The notes under the pieces were generated by a model. It was given only the letters and a program-made list of their open reading frames with translations. It had not been told where the DNA came from and searched no databases. A stretch of 24,651 bases of DNA from Kiritimatiellia bacterium (GTDB lineage Bacteria > Verrucomicrobiota > Kiritimatiellia > RFP12 > UBA1067): NCBI GenBank assembly GCA_050949565.1, contig JBMNFY010000018.1:1-24651 (forward strand), written 5' to 3'. The translations under genes and the position numbers were made by a program. Below, one piece after another: positions 1 through 7,439 of this stretch; position 1 is the first letter of the stretch, and each line of letters begins with the position of its first letter.

Positions 1-1450
1 TTAGTGGAACAGCCTCAATGGCATAATCAAGACGATGAGCGTAAGCATTCTGTGAAATAATGTCGCCATCGAATGCTGTCGGGATTCTTGACGGTGTCAT
101 TTGGCTCACGATATTCCATGCAACTTTTCGTGCGTCACCGAAATAGGCGTCGCGACCGTCCGCTCTCTCAAGGTGGTTGAGATCAATCGAGGCGCTTTGC
201 AGAACCCCGGTGACATTTCTGAACCAGCGTTCTGACATTACAACCAAACGGCTCTTATCAGCCCCGTCACGTGTCACGCCAGCAAGAGAGAGAAAATGAT
301 TGGTCAGTGAATTAATATTGAATTTGCTAGCCGGAGCGAACGCATGGGTACCCAGATTGGGGATTGCGGTGATACTTTCTGTTTCCAGCGGATGTATGTT
401 CGGATTCGGATCATACGAGAGCGAAGAGAACGGCATGCGGTCGGGATTGGATTCCAGATCGGGGATTTGAGACTTGAGATCTTCGATCTTTTCATGATCG
501 ACGTGGGCGAACCAGTTGGTGACGTCGGCCTGGCTGAAACAGACACGCGGCAACTTTTGCGTGGTGGGGCCGGTGAGGAAGTGGTTGGCGTCGAGAAAAC
601 CGGAAACGTCGAAGACCGCGAAGGCGACGCGGGCGGCGGTGTCGCGCCAGGGCTCTCCTGGGACTTCGATGGAATGCCACGATGAGCGGAAAGGAGAGGT
701 TGAGGAGGTGAGGTCAATGCCGTTCGTGAGCGCGGGCGGAATCAGTGCACGGACTTCGGGTGTGAGCAGGTTGACGGTCCATTGATCACGCATTTCAGAG
801 GTGGTGAATTCGGGGGTGGGGGGAGAGACTGGAGGGGCGCTTTTTTGTATCGGCGGTGAGGCGAGAACGCCGGGGGCTTGGAATTCGACGGAATTAGGCC
901 CTGTAGGATTTTCGATGTTGTCCCCCTCCCATTTGTCTGAAAACCAGCGGCCGACCGGCGCGAGGCGCTGGGGGACAGGCGAGCCGGAATCAACGGAAAA
1001 GGGTGCGTCGGCGAAATTGGCGGTGCAGAAAGCGTCCTCGACCGTGCGCATGGCGAGGTGCAGCGCTTCGTTGAGCTGGTTGCGCGCCGCCAGGCGGTGC
1101 GTTGCGGCGGCGGTGGCCTGCTGCTGCAGGCGGGTGGCGGCCAGGAAGGTGACGGCCATGACGCTGAGCACGGTCAGGATGCCGAGCGTGACCAGCAGCG
1201 TCGCGCCGCGCCGTGCGTCAGCGCGACGCGGATATGGGAGGGACGAGCGTCCGCTCGTCCGCGGGCAAGCGACGCTTGCCCCTCCCAGTGCTCCGCGAGC
1301 CGACTTGTGAGGGGGAGAGACGAGCGTCCGCCCGTCTGCGGGCAAGCGACGCTTACCCCTCCCGGCGCCCTGCGGGCCGGCTTGTGAGGGAGAGGGACGA
1401 GCGTCCCGGTGCTTCGCGGGCCGGCTTGTTAGCTTACCAGAGCAGATCAT
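1..1450 (-). CDS. PilX/GspK-like minor pseudopilin, truncated by the window edge at its 3' end (absent from the ORF track)
   Basis: Hand translation gives ...RRG|ATLLVTLGILTVLSVMAVTFLAATR..., a K/X-type helix lacking Glu5, with Gly-1 at 1205-1207. The frame reads ...LDYAIEAVPL at base 1. An in-frame ATG at 1450 has GGAGG 8 nt upstream. It is the last of the H-I-J-K series. Confidence 0.8.
   Translation of the reverse strand, partial: MICSGKLTSRPAKHRDARPSPSQAGPQGAGRGKRRLPADGRTLVSPPHKSARGALGGASVACPRTSGRSSLPYPRRADARRGATLLVTLGILTVLSVMAVTFLAATRLQQQATAAATHRLAARNQLNEALHLAMRTVEDAFCTANFADAPFSVDSGSPVPQRLAPVGRWFSDKWEGDNIENPTGPNSVEFQAPGVLASPPIQKSAPPVSPPTPEFTTSEMRDQWTVNLLTPEVRALIPPALTNGIDLTSSTSPFRSSWHSIEVPGEPWRDTAARVAFAVFDVSGFLDANHFLTGPTTQKLPRVCFSQADVTNWFAHVDHEKIEDLKSQIPDLESNPDRMPFSSLSYDPNPNIHPLETESITAIPNLGTHAFAPASKFNINSLTNHFLSLAGVTRDGADKSRLVVMSERWFRNVTGVLQSASIDLNHLERADGRDAYFGDARKVAWNIVSQMTPSRIPTAFDGDIISQNAYAHRLDYAIEAVPL
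1236..1286. repeat. REP element, family 1 (three-way hairpin), copy inside the PilX-like leader
   Basis: GGGAG/CTCCC outer stem enclosing GGACGAGC-gtcc-GCTCGTCC and GGGCAAGC-gac-GCTTGCCC. Degenerate copies follow at ~1311-1363 and ~1389-1408. Confidence 0.85.
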
Positions 1451-1832
1451 TCAAGAATCCTCCGAATGGCCATTCGTCTGCATTCGCGACTAAACCGCGA
1501 CGAACAGGATTGTTCCGCACGTACTCCCATTTCTCGTGATAGTTTTCACCTCGTCGTAATTGCGTATCCCAGCAATCTCGTTGGAATATCGGCGATTTTT
1601 GCGTTTTATTTCGCGAGGGAGGGACGAGCGTCCGCTCGTCCGCGGGCAAGCGGACGCTTGCCCCTCCCAGTGCTCCGCGAGCCGACTTGTGAGGGGGAGA
1701 GACGAGCGTCCGCCCGTCTGCGGGCAAGCGACGCTTACCCCTCCCGGCGCCCTGCGGGCCGGCTTGTGAGGGAGAGGGACGAGCGTCCCGGTGCTTCGCG
1801 GGCCGGCTTGTTAGCTTACCAGAGCAGATCAT
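1434..1832 (-). pseudogene. Chimeric ORF created by the duplication: PilX-leader start fused to the RAYT C-terminal fragment
   Basis: The N-terminus equals the 1450 leader (MICSGKL...) and the C-terminus is identical to the RAYT end (...YVRNNPVRRGLV...LLW). It lacks the HUH motif. Confidence 0.7.
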
Positions 1833-2373
1833 TCAAGAATCCTCCGAATGGCCATTCGTCTGCATTCGCGACTAAACCGCGACGAACAGGATTGTTCCGC
1901 ACGTACTCCCATTTCTCGTGATAGTTTTCACCTCGTCGTAATTGCGTATCCCAGCAATCTCGTTGGAATATCGGCGATTTTTGCGTTTTATTTCGCGAGG
2001 GAGGGACGAGCGTCCGCTCGTCCGCGGGCAAGCGGACGCTTGCCCCTCCCAGCGCTCCGCGAACCGCACGTGTGACTAGGGATTTCCAATACCGCACCCA
2101 TTTGGCCACATTCTCGGCATCCGGTGATGCGGGCGCGCAGAAAAGGTGGATATGATCCGGCATCAGTACGTACGCACCTACCGTGTGTGATGTCGCCGAT
2201 GCCCATGCATCGACAAGAACGCGGTGCGTGAACGGAGTCGCGAATGTGTTTGCGAGGCGATCCGCCGCGCAAACTGTCACAAAAAGAATCACCGGCGTGT
2301 TGAAACGTGTCACGTTCGGAAGATGCGCTGGATGGCTGCGGTTGGCATTGACTCTGTCGTGGTCGTTCACCAT
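1816..2373 (-). CDS. REP-associated tyrosine transposase (RAYT, Y1 HUH / IS200-IS605 superfamily)
   Basis: Motifs FVTVC, YVLMPDHIHLF (HUH) and YVRNNPVRRGLV..W, flanked by REPs. ATG 2373 is preferred over 2697 because the longer start overlaps the upstream gene and reads through a REP. Confidence 0.9.
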   Translation of the reverse strand: MVNDHDRVNANRSHPAHLPNVTRFNTPVILFVTVCAADRLANTFATPFTHRVLVDAWASATSHTVGAYVLMPDHIHLFCAPASPDAENVAKWVRYWKSLVTRAVRGALGGASVRLPADERTLVPPSRNKTQKSPIFQRDCWDTQLRRGENYHEKWEYVRNNPVRRGLVANADEWPFGGFLNDLLW

Positions 2374-2522
2374 GGTGTCCTCATGCGCTGCTGTTGGGTT
2401 CTCGGTGCTCCGCGAGCCGGCTTGTGAGATGGGAGGGACGAGCGTCTGCTCGTCCGCGGGCAAGCGACGCTTGCCCCTCCCGGTGCTTTGCGAGTCGGTT
2501 CTAACGTTCTGGCGATATTCAT
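2367..2522 (-). CDS. 51-aa uORF, probable original 5' end of the PilX-like gene
   Basis: ATG 2522 overlaps the upstream stop (ATGA). It reads the REP as GGASVACPRTSRRSSLP, the same frame as in the PilX leader, and its TGA overlaps the RAYT start (ATGGTGA). Confidence 0.55.
   Translation of the reverse strand: MNIARTLEPTRKAPGGASVACPRTSRRSSLPSHKPARGAPRTQQQRMRTPW
2431..2481. repeat. REP family 1 copy upstream of RAYT
   Basis: 51-bp direct copy of 1236-1286 with one mismatch. Confidence 0.85.
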
Positions 2523-3730
2523 GGCAGACGCGAGCCTCCGGCTTGCGGAAGGGTGATGCGGCGGGAAATGAAGGTGCCCAAGTAACTGCTCTTGAGTACG
2601 TCGGCGGGTGAGGAATCCTTCTCGAGTTTCCAATACGCGGCCCAGTCCTGTTCGTCAAACAAACGAAATGCAACGTCGATTTGATCGGGCAGCACATCGG
2701 TAGTCAGACGGTCATAGGTGGGGGGGGAGGTCAACTTCATATTCCCGTCGTCGATGAACACCCATTCGTCGCTGTTTTCAATCATGTGCGGAAACCCTGG
2801 ATCTTCCTTCCGGACGAAACCTTCCGGGATCGTTGCGTTCAGCGATGGCAGTACGCGCTCCGCCAATAGCGTGTATTGCCATTTTACATCTGATGATTTT
2901 GTGGGATCTTGCAGGGCTTCAATTATGTCGTCATGAGTCCCTGCATTTCGGATTGAATCCAACAACTCATGCAGGAGGGTGCCCAGAGGCTCTGGATCGT
3001 TAAAATCGTTATACAGCGGAATGACGTGGCGAAAGAGGGCGTTGAGGTAGTACGTGTAGAAAACCGCATCGAGCGAAAAACGAGTGTCAGTTGCGCCGGC
3101 GGTGTCGGGGTCTGGCACACGCGAAGAACTTCGCCGCGCAAAAGCCAGCAACACCACCACGTCATTCAGCGTAGCGTTAATGGGCGGCGTCTCAAGGATG
3201 AAGCTCGGGTATTCTGGCGCATTGGCAGTGGAATTATTCGGGACGCTATTATCCGCCACCGCTTGGTAGAGATCATCCGCGATGAGGTCGGTGATCGCGA
3301 GGGCGGCAGTCTGCTCTTTTTTCTGGCTGCGCGAGGCGGACCACATCTCGGTGGCGCTGTTCAGGACGGTCATCAGGATGCCGAGGATCACGACGAAGAG
3401 CGAGAGGGCTGCCACCAACTCGATGAGGGTGAAGGCGGGGGAAGAAGTTCTAAAGTGCGGGAGTTCTAAAGTCCTCAAGTTGGCATGCCTCTGTTGTTGT
3501 CTCACACGAAGGCACAAAGGACACGAAGGTTTTTTGGGGAAAGTAGAGAAATTTTGGAGTGCGGCGGCAAGCGGTATTCCGCGCGACGCCGCTTTGTGAG
3601 GGCACACCGGAAAGCGGTGCCGCACTGCGTTTGTCACCGCACTCCACATGATGCGTCGAGTGTCGAGTGTTGAACGTTGCACGTTGAGCGTTGAGAGTTG
3701 AGCGTTGAAGAAGAGGCGGAGGGCGTTCAT
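2519..3730 (-). CDS. PilW/GspJ-like minor pseudopilin with a 99-aa repeat-derived leader
   Basis: SPA|FTLIELVAALSLFVVILGIL methylation motif with F+1 at 3433. ATG 3730 overlaps the upstream stop (ATGA). Confidence 0.85.
   Translation of the reverse strand: MNALRLFFNAQLSTLNVQRSTLDTRRIMWSAVTNAVRHRFPVCPHKAASRGIPLAAALQNFSTFPKKPSCPLCLRVRQQQRHANLRTLELPHFRTSSPAFTLIELVAALSLFVVILGILMTVLNSATEMWSASRSQKKEQTAALAITDLIADDLYQAVADNSVPNNSTANAPEYPSFILETPPINATLNDVVVLLAFARRSSSRVPDPDTAGATDTRFSLDAVFYTYYLNALFRHVIPLYNDFNDPEPLGTLLHELLDSIRNAGTHDDIIEALQDPTKSSDVKWQYTLLAERVLPSLNATIPEGFVRKEDPGFPHMIENSDEWVFIDDGNMKLTSPPTYDRLTTDVLPDQIDVAFRLFDEQDWAAYWKLEKDSSPADVLKSSYLGTFISRRITLPQAGGSRLP
3555..3646. repeat. Inverted REP doublet, family 2, inside a prepilin leader
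   Basis: TGGAGTGCGG...CGCCGCTTT faces AAAGCGGTG...CCGCACTCCA as imperfect inverted arms. Confidence 0.7.
3655..3710. repeat. Degenerate heptamer array (GTTGAGC-like x8) in a prepilin leader
   Basis: gtcgagt gtcgagt gttgaac gttgcac gttgagc gttgaga gttgagc gttgaag. Confidence 0.75.
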
Positions 3731-4305
3731 GGCAGGCCTCCGGGGTTGGTGAGGGTGGTGCGGAACAGACGTTGGTCGCTGGAGTAGGTAAGGCCGTCTG
3801 GATGGATGACGAGCGTGATATGGAGGGCGGTGAAGGGGCCGGGACTAGGAGGATTCAAGAAATTGCCCGTCAGGCTGTATAGCGGGTTCCAGTCCGTCAG
3901 GGAAAGGTTGTCTTTGTCGAATGTGGCGGCAAAAGAATTGGGCTCCGTGAAGCGCAGGAGGATCTTGGGGCTGGCGCTCATGTTGGCGATTGGTGGGAAG
4001 GGGATGTCGAATTTGTTCTGGCGTGCCTGTTCCCAGAGGTATTCCCACGTGCCAGACACGACGCCGTTCGTCCGCGCTTCTTCAACAAAGCGGGCGTTGT
4101 AGTCGCGCAAGGTTTCGAAGATCGCGTCGGCCATCAAGGCACAACGCTGGTCGTATTCGGTCTCTTTGGCGGTTTGCAGGCCGAGACGGCCGAGGCCGAA
4201 AATGGCCAGTAGGCCGAGACCGATGGCCAGCATGGCTAGGGCGGTCTCGATCAGGGTGAAACCCTTCTGGCGATTTTCAAGGACAAAAGAGAGGAGGTCC
4301 ATCAT
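3727..4305 (-). CDS. PilV/GspI-like minor pseudopilin
   Basis: QKG|FTLIETALAMLAIGLGLLAIFGL with a short normal leader. ATGA overlaps at both ends. Confidence 0.85.
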   Translation of the reverse strand: MMDLLSFVLENRQKGFTLIETALAMLAIGLGLLAIFGLGRLGLQTAKETEYDQRCALMADAIFETLRDYNARFVEEARTNGVVSGTWEYLWEQARQNKFDIPFPPIANMSASPKILLRFTEPNSFAATFDKDNLSLTDWNPLYSLTGNFLNPPSPGPFTALHITLVIHPDGLTYSSDQRLFRTTLTNPGGLP

Positions 4306-5135
4306 CTCGGGTCTCCTAAAACGGTGACAGTGCCGGTGGCGGGGTCGATGCGGAGGAGGCGGACAAGCGGTGCGGGGGTTGCCGACTCGGGATCAGGGAA
4401 GGACTGGGCGGTATGAAGAGCAATTGTGTGGTAAGGGTAATCCGACGGGGTGATCCCGTCGTCGATCATGACGCTGCCGTCGGGACGGAAGATCAGCAGC
4501 GAGGGCGTGTGCTCACCAGAATCAGGTTTTTCGCGCCTGCTCAGGCGGACATGGCCGGAGAGCCGCTGAAACGGTGTGGCGGGCTCCAGGATGAGCGGGT
4601 TTGCAATATCGCCGAACTCTGTGCTTTGCGATGGCAGGAACATCTTATTGTCCACATTTTGCACCAGATCCCTTAAAGCCGTCTCATCAACGGGCGGGAC
4701 CGCGTTCGTACAGATGAAGGACTGAAAGCCCGTGGTAGCAGACGTTACGACTGCAGGCCGGTTGGTGCTGCCGTAGCTGAAGGCGACGTAGGCGTGGCGG
4801 GTGACGGCGAGCGTGCGGGCCTGCTGCAGTCCGGCCTCGACGACGCGCGTGGCGCCGGTGAGGGCGTGCGCCGTGCCCCATGAGCCGTAGGCGCCGACGA
4901 GGATCGCCAGCCCGATGCCGATGACGGTCAGCACGGCAAGGAGTTCGAAGAGGGTGAAGCCCTTATTGCGACCACGTAGTGGACGCAATGGGGAGAGTAA
5001 AAGGGAATGGCGGCCACCCAGTGGTCGCAATGGGGAGAGTAAAAGGGCGGTTTTTTTAACGCAGAGACGCAGAGACGCAGAGCGTTGCGGCGCCGCGTGC
5101 CGAAGGTCGCTTGTCGCGAGTCGGGCGTTCATCAT
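4302..5135 (-). CDS. FimT/GspH-like minor pseudopilin with a 59-aa leader
   Basis: NKG|FTLFELLAVL, ARTLAV, IFRPDGS and C-terminal RIDPATG. Start moved to ATG 5135 because it overlaps the upstream stop (ATGA). Confidence 0.85.
   Translation of the reverse strand: MMNARLATSDLRHAAPQRSASLRLCVKKTALLLSPLRPLGGRHSLLLSPLRPLRGRNKGFTLFELLAVLTVIGIGLAILVGAYGSWGTAHALTGATRVVEAGLQQARTLAVTRHAYVAFSYGSTNRPAVVTSATTGFQSFICTNAVPPVDETALRDLVQNVDNKMFLPSQSTEFGDIANPLILEPATPFQRLSGHVRLSRREKPDSGEHTPSLLIFRPDGSVMIDDGITPSDYPYHTIALHTAQSFPDPESATPAPLVRLLRIDPATGTVTVLGDPR
4968..5047. repeat. Two 42-bp-period hairpin repeats in the leader (family 3), with a third copy at 6570-6608
   Basis: gcgaccac-gta-gtggacgcaatggggagagtaaaaggg occurs twice and encodes LLLSPLRPL.GR. 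The related ttgcgactactcagtggtcgcgatggggagggcaaaagg lies just before another cleavage site. Confidence 0.75.
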
Positions 5136-5941
5136 GGCCGCACCCCCGCGCTGTAGATGTAGTTGGTGTTGTTCGGACCGGCAGGGCCGCGTGAGAAGGC
5201 GAAGGCGATCTGATTGGAAACAGAGTGCGTGGCAATCACCGCGTCGGCTGAATTCTTGATGTCGTACGTGAAAACTCCTCGGGGATTCAGCCCCATGAAG
5301 AGGATGTAACTTTGATCCCACGGGTCGCGGTAGTCGACTCGGAGGCGGTCGCCCTCGTTTTGAAGGTCAAGGAATCGGATCCCCTTGGGGTTAAGCGGAT
5401 TGACCGGGTAGGGAGCGCTGGACGAATCGCCGACGGTGCTGAAAGCCTGATAGATGATGCGACCGTCGGTGTCGTCTTCGTCGAGTTTAAGGATTAGGTG
5501 GGAAATATCGTTGCCGTCTTGGTCTCTGGCTTTGAGATCATTCAGGAAGTCCGGATGGCCGTAGACGATGCAGGGTAACGTTTTTTCACCACTTTTTACC
5601 TCGGAGGGAGTGGCGTCGTTGAGCTCTACCGTACCTTGCGCGGCATTTTTGACTTGGAGCTGTCCGGGCCAGAAGCCGTATTCGGTTTTGTAGCGGATGG
5701 CGGCCTGGGCGAGCGCCGTGGCTTCGGCGGCGGCCTGGCGGCGCAGCGCGGCGGCGCGTACGGTCTTGATCGTGGGCAGGATGATGGCCAGCAGCACGGA
5801 GAGCACGCCGATCACCATGACGAGCTCGAGGACGGTAAAGGCGTTTTGATAGTGAATAGTGAATAACGAATAACGAATAGCTGTCGCGGGCGGGGATGCC
5901 CACGCTCCCGACTGGGGTCGACTATGGAGGGGGAAACGCAT
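5132..5941 (-). CDS. GspG-like type II secretion pseudopilin
   Basis: QNA|FTVLELVMVIGVLSVLLAIILP, YKTEYGFWP and a DPW motif. Confidence 0.85.
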   Translation of the reverse strand: MRFPLHSRPQSGAWASPPATAIRYSLFTIHYQNAFTVLELVMVIGVLSVLLAIILPTIKTVRAAALRRQAAAEATALAQAAIRYKTEYGFWPGQLQVKNAAQGTVELNDATPSEVKSGEKTLPCIVYGHPDFLNDLKARDQDGNDISHLILKLDEDDTDGRIIYQAFSTVGDSSSAPYPVNPLNPKGIRFLDLQNEGDRLRVDYRDPWDQSYILFMGLNPRGVFTYDIKNSADAVIATHSVSNQIAFAFSRGPAGPNNTNYIYSAGVRP

Positions 5942-5947
5942 GATGGT

Positions 5948-6658
5948 CTACTTGACGCTGAAGGAACTCCAACTGCCGAAGACCTCTTCCTCAAGCCGTT
6001 CGGGGTTTCCGGAGGAGTCGGTTTTGCGCGTGCCGGGAATGAGGGTCCAGACGGCCACGTTGGCGATGATGTTGGTGTTGAAGCCGGGTGCCTCGTTGTC
6101 GCGGATCTCGATCTGGCGGTCGCCGTTGGTGTCGAAGAGCACCTTGTAGGCGCGGGTGGTGTCGGTCGGATTGGGTTTGTTCGATTTGAACGGGTTCACC
6201 GGGGCGCGTGTGGCCGGAGAGTAGCGCGCGAATTCGATGAAGGGGATCATCTCCGGGTTGAAGGCCGCGATGTCATCTGCGGAAACGCCCGGGATCTGGT
6301 TGCCCTGCAGCAGCGCCGCGATGCCCTCGTCGATGATGAAGCCGCGGTCGTCGCCGGAAGGGAGCGGCTTTGCGGCGCGCGTGTCGTCCGGCCATGCGTG
6401 GTAGTGCGCGTGGTACTGTTTGAAGGCGGACTCGATGTTCTTGAGTTCGGTATAGGTGATGACGCGGCGGCTGAATTTTTGGGAGCGTTCGAGCGCACCG
6501 TAAAGCAGGGCCAGCAGTGAACTGATGATCCCGATGACGATGATCATCTCGATGAGCGTGAAGGCGCTATTGCGACTACTCAGTGGTCGCGATGGGGAGG
6601 GCAAAAGGAATCTCCAAATGCCGCATGTCTCTCGTCTCATGGCTCGTGTCGTTGGCAT
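5948..6658 (-). CDS. GspG-like type II secretion pseudopilin
   Basis: NSA|FTLIEMIIVIGIISSLLALL and FKQYHAHYHAWP. ATG 6658 lies 4 nt after the upstream stop. Confidence 0.85.
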   Translation of the reverse strand: MPTTRAMRRETCGIWRFLLPSPSRPLSSRNSAFTLIEMIIVIGIISSLLALLYGALERSQKFSRRVITYTELKNIESAFKQYHAHYHAWPDDTRAAKPLPSGDDRGFIIDEGIAALLQGNQIPGVSADDIAAFNPEMIPFIEFARYSPATRAPVNPFKSNKPNPTDTTRAYKVLFDTNGDRQIEIRDNEAPGFNTNIIANVAVWTLIPGTRKTDSSGNPERLEEEVFGSWSSFSVK

Positions 6659-6662
6659 GGTG

Positions 6663-7367
6663 TCACCGTTCAAAGTAGATGTCGTCAAGAGTAGGGTCAA
6701 GGTCACTCGCAGGGGAGCCGGTGGGGATTTGCTGGCTGTCGATCAGGGTACGGCGATTCGGCCCGCAGGAGAAGAGGGTGTATGCTTGGGCGTTGTCGGA
6801 AGTCAGGTAGATGTAGGGCATACCCCAGGGATCAACCGTGCTGACGGCTGTCGTGAGGAACGAGCGGAAGGTGATGTTGGTGGGTACTCCATCGTGCTCA
6901 AAGCGGACGTAACAGCCGGATGAATCGGTGTCGTTTGTCAGGATGGCGAGCGGGTAACGCGATGGGGTTGTCAAATCCCAGTCGACGGAATCGAGTGAAT
7001 CGACGGAATCGACGTCTGTTTTGATGCGGGCGTGGGGGTATTCGCCGAACTGGAGGTGCCAGCGGTTTAGTGTCTCGTGCCACTCTCCCAGGTCGGCCTG
7101 AGCGCGGCGGATATTGGCGGCTGCGTTCACATGCCGCGCGAGGCCGAGCACCAGAGCCATCAGAATGGAGACAATTCCCATGACAATCGCCAGTTCGATC
7201 ATAGTCATGCCGACCACGCCGCTGGCGCGGACGTGGCCGAGTGAGGATTTAGGATTTAGGAGTGAGGAGTTGACGGGACGGCGGGACAATAGAGAGGACA
7301 GGAACGCAGGTGCGCGGATGCGTCCGAGGTTTTTAGCGGATGATGTGCGTTTTGTCTGGCTCTCCAA
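6663..7367 (-). CDS. GspG-like major pseudopilin
   Basis: VVG|MTMIELAIVMGIV, FGEYP and DPWGMPYIY...YTLFSCGPN, a T2SS-G-type C-terminus. TTG start with AGGAG upstream; the start is uncertain. Confidence 0.85.
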   Translation of the reverse strand: MESQTKRTSSAKNLGRIRAPAFLSSLLSRRPVNSSLLNPKSSLGHVRASGVVGMTMIELAIVMGIVSILMALVLGLARHVNAAANIRRAQADLGEWHETLNRWHLQFGEYPHARIKTDVDSVDSLDSVDWDLTTPSRYPLAILTNDTDSSGCYVRFEHDGVPTNITFRSFLTTAVSTVDPWGMPYIYLTSDNAQAYTLFSCGPNRRTLIDSQQIPTGSPASDLDPTLDDIYFER

Positions 7368-7427
7368 CTTTATCCAACTCCTAAATCCTAACTCCTAAAT
7401 CCTAACTCCTAAATCCTAACTCCTAAA
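7241..7427. repeat. Inverted pair of TTAGGA(G/T) heptamer arrays (7241-7272 and 7376-7427)
   Basis: The left array reads gtgaggatttaggatttaggagtgaggag and the right reads (ctcctaaatcctaa) ~3.5 times, in reverse-complement orientation. Confidence 0.75.
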
Positions 7428-7439
7428 TTCTCCTTGACT

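Larger units (their letters stand above)
1236..2050. repeat. 382-bp tandem duplication of the RAYT 3' end plus REP cluster, with breakpoints inside REPs
   Basis: Units start at 1236, 1617 and 1999 (the third is REP only). They are identical apart from a 1-nt indel in the REP loop (caagcgacgc vs caagcggacgc). Confidence 0.9.

Noticed and set aside
3431-6565. Ala instead of Gly at -1 in three pseudopilins as a sign of inactivation
   Set aside because: A|FT leaders are common in PVC-type prepilin proteins, and Glu5 and the hydrophobic helix are intact.
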